Assembly: GCA_045545255.1 (NCBI GenBank)
Contig: JAZQAQ010000219.1
Coordinates: 1-42,028 of the forward strand
From: Eubacteriales bacterium
GTDB taxonomy: Bacteria; Bacillota; Clostridia; Oscillospirales; QAKW01
Direction: 5' to 3'
DNA: 42,028 bases
Under the pieces are notes generated by a model. It was not told where the DNA came from, searched no databases, and saw only the letters and a program-made list of their open reading frames with translations. Below, one piece after another: positions 17,061 to 24,275 of this stretch (its first letter is position 1; each line of letters opens with the position of its first letter). The position numbers and the translations under genes are program-made.

Positions 17061-19130
17061 ATGAGCAGAATGAATGAAAAGTATGATGCGCTGTTTACGC
17101 CGTGGAAGATTGGCAATGTTGAGATTAAAAATCGAATCGTAATGTGCCCTATGGGCGGAACCTCACTCTTTGGCTGGTTTGAATTAACAGGATGTCATTT
17201 TGATAAGGAAGCGGCAAAGCTTTTCCTTGAACGAGCTAATAATAATGTTGGTCTTATCATTCCCGGGATTGCACCGTTGAGGGATACCTTTTGGGGTAAA
17301 TGGCTTTGGCAGAATCCGAAGATGTTTGAGGAACTTAAAGTCTTTATGGATGAGATTCATAAGACCGGTGCAAAGCTCTTTATTCAGCTGACTGCGGGGA
17401 TGGGACGCTCTTGGGCGATCACCGAACTTGTGGCACCCTTACATAAAAATAAATTTACCCGCGCCATTGTAAAACCCATTATCGATACTTCTCACGAGTT
17501 GGCATCTCCGTCTCCGCAGCCTTCTCGCTGGGCGCACGACATTGAATGCCCTGAAATGACGGTGGAGCAGATTCACGAAATCATCGAGGCCTTCGCCAAG
17601 ACGGCAAAGCTTTGCAAGGACGCCGGGGTTGACGGCGTGGAAGTTCACGCAGTTCACGAAGGGTATTTATTGGACCAATTTTCTATCGAGTTTTTCAATA
17701 AGCGTACAGATGAGTATGGCGGTAGTTTTGAAAACCGCTATCGTTTTGCGGCAGAGGTTGTAAAAGCAATTAAAGAAACTTGCGGAGAGGATTATCCCGT
17801 ATCTCTCCGTTATTCGGTGGAGTCTAAAATGAAAGGCTTTTGCGAAGGTGCTATGCCCGGCGAGGAATATGTCGAAGTCGGTCGTAATATGGAGGAATCC
17901 GAGCGGGCGGCAAAGTATCTGCAGGATGCGGGCTACGATATGCTCAATGCGGATAACGGCACCTATGATTCTTGGTATTGGGCACATCCGCCTATGTATA
18001 TGCCTGAAAACTGTAATCTTGAGGATGTGGCGCATATTAAGGAGTTTGTGGACATCCCCGTCGTTTGTGCAGGCAGAATGGATGCCGAGGTTGGTGCCAA
18101 GGCTGTGGCTGAAGGAAAAATAGATGCTGTTGGTGTGGCACGCCAATTCCTTGTTGATCCGGAATGGATCACAAAACTGATCGAGGATCGGCTTGATGAT
18201 ATTAAACCTTGCATTTGCTGCCATAGCGGATGCTTTAATTTCTCCTCTTCCAAGGGTCACGCCAATACGCAGGATCTTACCGATACGATGGGTCTTGCTC
18301 GCTGTGCATTAAATCCAGAAACGATGCAATCCAAGAAATACTATATTGAACCTGCAAAAAAGCAAAAGACCATTGCCGTTATCGGTGGCGGTATTGGCGG
18401 AATGGAGTCTGCGCTTGTTTGTGCAAAGCGTGGTCATAAAGTTACTCTTTATGAAAAGTCTGATAAGCTCGGCGGTGTATTTATTGCGGCGGCTGCACCT
18501 TCTTTTAAGGAAAAGGACAAAGCACTCATTGCTTGGTACATTCGTGAACTCTCTAAATATCCTATTGATATTAAATTAAATACGGAAATCAAGGATGTCA
18601 AAGCAATTGATGCGGATGAGATTATCGTGGCGACCGGCGCTGTGGCCAAAAAGATTCCCGTAAAGGGCGCGGAAACTGCAGTAGAAGCAGTGGACTATCT
18701 GCTTGGGAATAAAACCGTCGGTGATAATGTTGTCGTGATCGGCGGCGGATTGACAGGTTGCGAAATCGCATACGATCTGTATCTGCAGGGGAAGAAGCCT
18801 GTAATAGTGGAAATGCAGGACGACTTGATTACGACGAAAGGCATTTGCCTTGCCAATACCAGCTTCTTACGCGATTTCTTTAAGACCAATAAAGTGCCGG
18901 TATATCTTGAAACATCGCTTTGCGAAATTGGCGAAAACAGTGTTTCTCTCAAGAACAAGGAAGGCGAAATCTTTAATGTGGATATGGATTCCGTCATCCT
19001 TTCGGTTGGATATAATCCTGCGCCCATCGTTTCAAAGGGTAAGCATATCCATATTATCGGTGATGCTGAAAAGGTTGGCAATCTCCGTAGTGTTATTTGG
19101 GGCGCGTGGAACACTTGTATGAAATTATAA
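17061..19130 (+). CDS. 2-enoate reductase / 2,4-dienoyl-CoA-reductase-like flavoprotein (OYE FMN barrel + Fe-S Cys cluster + FAD/NAD(P)H domains)
   Basis: 689 aa. The N-terminus is OYE-type (FTPWKIGNVEIKNRIVMCPMG, VEVHAVHEGYLLDQF). A Cys cluster CICCHSGC...RC follows, then Rossmann motifs VIGGGIGGME and VIGGGLTGCE. Confidence 0.85.
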   Translation: MSRMNEKYDALFTPWKIGNVEIKNRIVMCPMGGTSLFGWFELTGCHFDKEAAKLFLERANNNVGLIIPGIAPLRDTFWGKWLWQNPKMFEELKVFMDEIHKTGAKLFIQLTAGMGRSWAITELVAPLHKNKFTRAIVKPIIDTSHELASPSPQPSRWAHDIECPEMTVEQIHEIIEAFAKTAKLCKDAGVDGVEVHAVHEGYLLDQFSIEFFNKRTDEYGGSFENRYRFAAEVVKAIKETCGEDYPVSLRYSVESKMKGFCEGAMPGEEYVEVGRNMEESERAAKYLQDAGYDMLNADNGTYDSWYWAHPPMYMPENCNLEDVAHIKEFVDIPVVCAGRMDAEVGAKAVAEGKIDAVGVARQFLVDPEWITKLIEDRLDDIKPCICCHSGCFNFSSSKGHANTQDLTDTMGLARCALNPETMQSKKYYIEPAKKQKTIAVIGGGIGGMESALVCAKRGHKVTLYEKSDKLGGVFIAAAAPSFKEKDKALIAWYIRELSKYPIDIKLNTEIKDVKAIDADEIIVATGAVAKKIPVKGAETAVEAVDYLLGNKTVGDNVVVIGGGLTGCEIAYDLYLQGKKPVIVEMQDDLITTKGICLANTSFLRDFFKTNKVPVYLETSLCEIGENSVSLKNKEGEIFNVDMDSVILSVGYNPAPIVSKGKHIHIIGDAEKVGNLRSVIWGAWNTCMKL

Positions 19131-19152
19131 TTGACGGATAAGGAGAGGTAGA

Positions 19153-20430
19153 ATGATTTTAACAAAAGAACAGCAAGCCATCCTCGATGGCGAAAAAGGG
19201 GAAACCCTTGCTAAGGTAATGAAGACGCTCGTGATGTACGGTGACGCTTTTGAGGCGGAAAAGCTTGTGCCTATAACCTCAAAGTATAATCACCTTGTTA
19301 CTTCCTTTGGTCTAAAGGTGATGTCTCCCGTATACGATCTGATGCAGCAGTTACTTGACGCAGATGTTGCATCGGAGCAAAAGTTTTCTGTTGACCCCCG
19401 TCCTCTTGATAAAAACGTACCTGCAAACTTCTTGCAAAACTTTGTGTTTAATAAGTTTATGTACACAAAGCAGGAATTTTATGAGGATCAACTTAAGAAG
19501 TTGGGTCTTATGGATGAGAGTGCATTCACCTGTACCTGCTATATGGATGAGGTGGGGAATAAGCCTCAAAAGGGAGAGGTGCTTTCCTGGGCGGAATCCA
19601 GTGCCGTCGTCTATGCAAACTCTGTCCTCGGTGCTCGGTGTAATCGCAATTCAGGTATTATTGATATAATGGGTTCCATCGTGGGATATGTGCCGTATTT
19701 CGGTCTGCTTACCGACGAGGGGAGGAAAGCAACCTGGGTTGTGAAGGTGCAAACTACCCAAAAGCCTGAAGCGCAGCTTCTTGGCTCTGCCATTGGGATG
19801 AAGGTGATGGAAGATGTGCCCTATGTTATCGGGCTTGATAAATGGTTGGGTACTGAACTGAATGATGCAGCTTGCGCTTATCTAAAGGATTTCGGTGCTG
19901 CAACTGCCTCCAATGGTGCAGTCGGTCTTTATCATATTGCAAACCTTACCCCCGAAGCGGTGGAGCTTGGAGAGAATCTGATCGCTGATGGGGCAAAGGA
20001 ATATATTATTGATGACGCTGAACTTGAAAGAGTGAAAAATAACTATCCCGTTATCTGGAAAAATCCTGATGCAACGCCGAAACTTTGCTTTGTGGGATGT
20101 CCGCATCTTTCGCTTGAGCAGCTTAAAGATTGGACGTTGAAGATCGAGTCTGGGCTGAAAAAGAATGGAAAGAAAAAGGTGATCATCAATACGGTGTTTA
20201 CCGCATCTCCGGGCGTATTGGAGGCGTTTGCAAAGACGGAATACGCCGCGAGACTCAAAGCAACAGGGGTTATTACATCATATATTTGTCCGCTGATGTA
20301 TATGAACAATCCTCTGTGTAAAAAGATGCCTGTTATAACGTCTTCGAATAAGTTGCGCACCTATACCAGTGCGCGGTATTATACTGACGCAGAAATTCTC
20401 AAGGCTATTACAGGAGGTAAAAACGAATGA
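19153..20430 (+). CDS. Aconitase X (AcnX/DUF521) catalytic large subunit
   Basis: 425 aa with SD AAGGAGAGG. DUF521 signatures are present: FTCTCYMDE, SWAESSAVVYANSVLGARCNRNSG and FVGCPHLSLEQL. Confidence 0.85.
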   Translation: MILTKEQQAILDGEKGETLAKVMKTLVMYGDAFEAEKLVPITSKYNHLVTSFGLKVMSPVYDLMQQLLDADVASEQKFSVDPRPLDKNVPANFLQNFVFNKFMYTKQEFYEDQLKKLGLMDESAFTCTCYMDEVGNKPQKGEVLSWAESSAVVYANSVLGARCNRNSGIIDIMGSIVGYVPYFGLLTDEGRKATWVVKVQTTQKPEAQLLGSAIGMKVMEDVPYVIGLDKWLGTELNDAACAYLKDFGAATASNGAVGLYHIANLTPEAVELGENLIADGAKEYIIDDAELERVKNNYPVIWKNPDATPKLCFVGCPHLSLEQLKDWTLKIESGLKKNGKKKVIINTVFTASPGVLEAFAKTEYAARLKATGVITSYICPLMYMNNPLCKKMPVITSSNKLRTYTSARYYTDAEILKAITGGKNE

Positions 20431-20870
20431 AACAGTTTAAAGGAAGAGTTATTACCCCCGGTGAGGTGGTCGCTGAAGCGGTAGTGACAACGGAGGGCTT
20501 TAATACACTTGCTTCACTTCAAATGGCACTGCAATTTGGCGATAAGGAAGTAAAATGCGGGGACCAGAGCAATAAAGAACTTTACGGTAAGCCTTTGCTT
20601 GGTAAGGCACTTTGTCTGCCGCAGACCATTGGTTCCACTACCGGCGGACTCGTACTCTATTGCGCTTGCTCTATGGGGAAAAATCCCGCGTGTATGTTGT
20701 TTGCCAACCACATTGATTCTCTCGCTGCGGCAGGTGCTGTTCTTGCGGATGTATGGGTTGACGGCGTAACGATGCCGGTTATTGATTCCTTGGGTGATGA
20801 ATTCTTAAACTATGTAAAAGACGGGATGAAGATTACTGTAAAAGCAGATGGTATCATCGAGGTTGAATAA
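20427..20870 (+). CDS. Aconitase X swivel-domain small subunit (DUF126)
   Basis: 147 aa. An ATGA overlap links it to the large subunit. MKQFKGRVITPGEVVAEAVVTTEGFN... is the typical DUF126 opening. Confidence 0.8.
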   Translation: MKQFKGRVITPGEVVAEAVVTTEGFNTLASLQMALQFGDKEVKCGDQSNKELYGKPLLGKALCLPQTIGSTTGGLVLYCACSMGKNPACMLFANHIDSLAAAGAVLADVWVDGVTMPVIDSLGDEFLNYVKDGMKITVKADGIIEVE

Positions 20871-20874
20871 TTAA

Positions 20875-20912
20875 TAAAACGGAGCAGTCGGTATCGACTG
20901 CTCCGTTTTTTA
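20875..20912. terminator. Bidirectional intrinsic terminator
   Basis: Perfect 13-bp stem AACGGAGCAGTCG (20878-20890), loop GTAT, CGACTGCTCCGTT (20895-20907). An A-run lies upstream and T6 downstream. It serves AcnX on the plus strand and the convergent small ORF on the minus strand. Confidence 0.85.
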
Positions 20913-21074
20913 GAAATTCATGTGTTCCACAAAATTCCCGACTGCTTTGATCGCATTCCCCGCCGTTTTAGTCATACACTTTTTGGGCTTTGATTTCATC
21001 GCAAGCATACTTGCGGTTGCACCCAATGCTGCTCCGGCAACCATAGAAAATATCATTGTACGAGTCTGTTTCAT
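20910..21074 (-). CDS. Small hypothetical membrane protein (54 aa), absent from the ORF track
   Basis: My own translation is MKQTRTMIFSMVAGAALGATASMLAMKSKPKKCMTKTAGNAIKAVGNFVEHMNF. The SD AAGGGA lies 7 nt upstream, an extended -10 sits about 30 nt upstream, and the stop abuts the bidirectional terminator. Confidence 0.5.
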   Translation of the reverse strand: MKQTRTMIFSMVAGAALGATASMLAMKSKPKKCMTKTAGNAIKAVGNFVEHMNF

Positions 21075-21103
21075 TTTATCATCCCTTTCTCTGAAGTAAT
21101 ATT

Positions 21104-21112
21104 AGTATACCA
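21104..21112 (-). promoter_or_regulatory. Extended -10 element (TGgTATACT) for the small ORF
   Basis: The minus strand reads TGGTATACT. No good -35 hexamer is present. Confidence 0.35.
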
Positions 21113-21200
21113 AATGATTGGTTTTATATTTACTTTTTGAGTCGAATATTATATAATAAAAATATAAAGATTTGACTTTTTGAAAAAACGGGGAAATAAT

Positions 21201-23411
21201 ATGCGCATTTATCAAATGGAAAAAGAGCAGGTTTTGGAGCACTTTTCTTGCGATCTTATAAATGGAAGTGCTGCAAAATCCGATGAAGTGAAAAAAACTG
21301 CCGCTCATAAGAATATTCGGTTTTTGAGCGGTATTTTTGACTTGCTTCATTCTAAATTATATTATATTAACTTAATTGCCGCCATCAGCTTTGTCATCGT
21401 GTTTATTTTTTCATATTTAAATCACGATTGGCATCTTTTGAGCCTTGCCGTTGCGGCTTTTTTGTTGGCTATAGTTCTTTATTTTACGGAAGGCGTCGTG
21501 CTTTATCGTTATAAATCGTCGTACTATAATCGCAGTGTTTGTTATCGCCAGAGCATTAAGGTGATTCGCGGCGGTGAGATCATTGCGCTTGATCCGAATG
21601 ATTTGCAAGTTGGTGATCTGCTGGTCCTTGAGACCGGATCCGTACTGCATTGTGACGCGCGGATCATTGAGGGTGAAGGATTATTTGCAGATGAGGGGCT
21701 CGTCTTTGGTTCCACGATTCCGGAGGAAAAGAACAGTGCTGCGATTCATACGGAGAATCTTTCGGCGGATAAACAAAAAAATATGCTTTGGAAAGGAAGC
21801 TATATTTCTGAAGGCTCTGCGAAAGCAGTCGTAACAGCGTTGGGATCAAATTGCTATGTGGAAAAAACAGGTGGCAGAAAATCCCGTAAACAACGCTCCT
21901 TTTTCTATAACAAACAAAATAACATCGGGAACATCGCCTCGTATGTTTATATTATTTTGATCGCGCTTTGTTTGTTGTTTGCAATTCTTTTTACCAAGCG
22001 TTATGTTGAAGCATTTTTGATAATGGCGGCGATGTCTTCTCTTGTGGCGCTGAATCCGGTCTCCTGCTTGATGGAGTGGACCTACTATCGTACAGCGGAA
22101 AAGTTATATAATAACGGAGTTTTGGTTCGTAATATTGAAGCTTTTGATGGAATGAATAAGGAAAAACAGGTGTATTTCGATGCAGAAGAGCTTGTATCCG
22201 AACGCTTTTCCTATTCTCATACCATTGATATAAACGGTTCAGAAAAGAGCACACTTTCTTATTTCTCTCTTTGTATGGGCCCCGGTTATTTCACGGATAT
22301 TATCCAAAACGCTTTGGCACGTTATGAATTGAGTTATGAAAAACTCGATAATAGTTTCCCCGTATTCCGCCGCGAAAAAGATTCAGACGGAAATTTGTTC
22401 AGCCTTTTCTCAAATGACGGAAAGTCGGTTGTTGTGGCGGTGGGATACTGGAAAAAAATGCTGCCGATGATCCATAAAATGGATGAAGAACTGCTGCAGC
22501 AAATCCGCGAATTGGAGATTCACGGTAAATTTGTTTATCTGATGGCTGCAGATTCGATGGATTATATTCCGAATAAACTCGACTTTTCTTATTTCGAAGG
22601 GCATATGGATCTTGCATCGCTGATCGTATTTAATACCGCAGTGCGCGATGAGGCAAGGTCTATGATTAACCAACTGCGTCGTTCTTCGATGAAAGCCTAT
22701 CTGATCTCCGATTTTTCCGAGCAGTTCAGTGAATATCTCGCTGCCTCTTACGATATGGATGGGCATCTCGCATCGCCCCCGAATAAACCTTGCTATTCCT
22801 TACCTCATTTGAAGGGGAGTGCGCTCGCGGTGAATGAGGGTGCTTCTCCGGTGGATAAAGAGCGGGCAATGGTGATACTGAATCGAAATGCTTCACCTCA
22901 AAATGTGATCTATCAAGTTAAATGTATGTTTTGTGGAATTCGCAGATGCTTTAATTTTCTGGCCATCTCCGGTGTGTTTGTGGTTCTTACGGTGATGAAA
23001 CTTTTTATGTCGGATGTGGGCTTGGAAAAGTTAATTTACCCGATTTTGCTTTTGATACCCATCTTGATTTGTCCTTGCTATTTTCTGATAGAGACTGTAC
23101 GAAACTGTAACCGATATCGCAGAAGTCTGATCTTGGGTATGTTCTGCGGGTCTGCCGGATTTGTGGGTGCCTTGATCTCTTGCGATCTTGCGCTTTTTAC
23201 TTTCGGTCTTTCTGCGTTGTTGCTTTCCGCTTATTTACTGATCTCCGGCGGAAAAAAACGAGAGATCGGACGGCGTGACGTTGCTATGCTTGCGATTCTA
23301 TTGATCGTTTGGGTGATCCCGTGTGTTTTATTCGGCGGGAACTGGCTTCCTGCGGTTCTTTTGGCACTTTTCCCACCTCTTGGTGCTTTGGTACTGGATC
23401 TGTTTTATTAA
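21201..23411 (+). CDS. P2-type (Ca/cation) ATPase homologue with degenerate catalytic motifs
   Basis: 736 aa from ATG 21201. It keeps the cation-ATPase N-terminal pattern, TM1-2, the A-domain (IKVIRGGEIIALDPNDLQVGDLLVLETGSVLHCDARII), TM3-4, the P/N region and about 6 C-terminal TM helices. By-eye alignment gives TGES->FGST, PEGL->NPVSCL, DKTGT->DAEEL, TGDN->SDFS and GDGxND->NEGASP. Confidence 0.75.
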   Translation: MRIYQMEKEQVLEHFSCDLINGSAAKSDEVKKTAAHKNIRFLSGIFDLLHSKLYYINLIAAISFVIVFIFSYLNHDWHLLSLAVAAFLLAIVLYFTEGVVLYRYKSSYYNRSVCYRQSIKVIRGGEIIALDPNDLQVGDLLVLETGSVLHCDARIIEGEGLFADEGLVFGSTIPEEKNSAAIHTENLSADKQKNMLWKGSYISEGSAKAVVTALGSNCYVEKTGGRKSRKQRSFFYNKQNNIGNIASYVYIILIALCLLFAILFTKRYVEAFLIMAAMSSLVALNPVSCLMEWTYYRTAEKLYNNGVLVRNIEAFDGMNKEKQVYFDAEELVSERFSYSHTIDINGSEKSTLSYFSLCMGPGYFTDIIQNALARYELSYEKLDNSFPVFRREKDSDGNLFSLFSNDGKSVVVAVGYWKKMLPMIHKMDEELLQQIRELEIHGKFVYLMAADSMDYIPNKLDFSYFEGHMDLASLIVFNTAVRDEARSMINQLRRSSMKAYLISDFSEQFSEYLAASYDMDGHLASPPNKPCYSLPHLKGSALAVNEGASPVDKERAMVILNRNASPQNVIYQVKCMFCGIRRCFNFLAISGVFVVLTVMKLFMSDVGLEKLIYPILLLIPILICPCYFLIETVRNCNRYRRSLILGMFCGSAGFVGALISCDLALFTFGLSALLLSAYLLISGGKKREIGRRDVAMLAILLIVWVIPCVLFGGNWLPAVLLALFPPLGALVLDLFY

Positions 23412-23506
23412 AAAAGAAAAATATCATCGAAATTTTATACTTTCGGTGGTATTTTTTTTTATTATGTTGTATAATGTAATTTGGAATACTATTTGAGGTG
23501 AAAACG

Positions 23507-24259
23507 ATGGATTTTGAAGACAAAAAACAACAGTCCGATCTTGTGTTCGGCAAGAATAATGTTACAGAATTGCTGCTGTCTGATGCTGCGGTAGAGCGGG
23601 TCTATCTTGCCGGCGATCCAAAGAGCAACAATTTTAAAAAGATAATCGCCCTTTGCAAGACGAAAGGCGTCCCGATTATCCATACTGATACAAATGCGAT
23701 CAATCGTAAAGCACCCAATGTTAATCATCAGGGCGTAGTGGCTTACTGTGCGCAAAAAGAGTATGCATCGGTCAATGATATTCTGGAGGTTGCTGCCGAG
23801 CGTAATGAAGCCCCGTTTATCATTGTGGCTGATGAGATTGTGGATCCGCATAATCTTGGCGCAATTCTTCGATCTGCAGATGCATTTGGTGCTCACGGCG
23901 TGATTATTTCCAAGCGCAGAGCGGTTGGGCTTACCCCCTCTGTTGCTAAAGCAAGTGGCGGAGCAATTCACTATATTCCCGTGGCAAGAGTCTCCAACCT
24001 CGTACAAACCGTGGAAGAGTTGAAATCCAAAAATATTTGGGTTTACGGTTGTGATATGGCGGGTGAAAATGTGTATTATGAGCAGGATTATTCCGGCGGT
24101 GTTGCTTTGATCGTCGGCAGTGAAGAGTCGGGTATCTCGAGACTTCTTAGAGAGCAGTGCGATTTCTTCGTCAGAATTCCGATGAAGGGAAAGATCTCTT
24201 GCTTGAATGCGTCTGTAGCTGCATCTGTGATTATGCAGGAAATTGCAAAGCGTCGTTAA
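23507..24259 (+). CDS. rlmB: TrmH/SpoU-family 23S rRNA 2'-O-ribose (Gm2251-type) methyltransferase
   Basis: 250 aa from ATG 23507, after the SD GAGGTG. An N-terminal substrate-binding domain (VFGKNNVTELL) is followed by SpoU motifs (DPHNLGAILRSADAFG, IVGSEESGIS, IPMKGKISCLNASVAASV). Confidence 0.85.
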   Translation: MDFEDKKQQSDLVFGKNNVTELLLSDAAVERVYLAGDPKSNNFKKIIALCKTKGVPIIHTDTNAINRKAPNVNHQGVVAYCAQKEYASVNDILEVAAERNEAPFIIVADEIVDPHNLGAILRSADAFGAHGVIISKRRAVGLTPSVAKASGGAIHYIPVARVSNLVQTVEELKSKNIWVYGCDMAGENVYYEQDYSGGVALIVGSEESGISRLLREQCDFFVRIPMKGKISCLNASVAASVIMQEIAKRR

Positions 24260-24275
24260 AAAAGGAGCTTGTTTT

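Noticed and set aside
23437-23460. T9 run after ATAC-N8-GTAT as a terminator for the pseudo-P2-ATPase gene
   Set aside because: The stem is only 4 bp and A/T-rich, too weak to call. Read-through into rlmB cannot be excluded.
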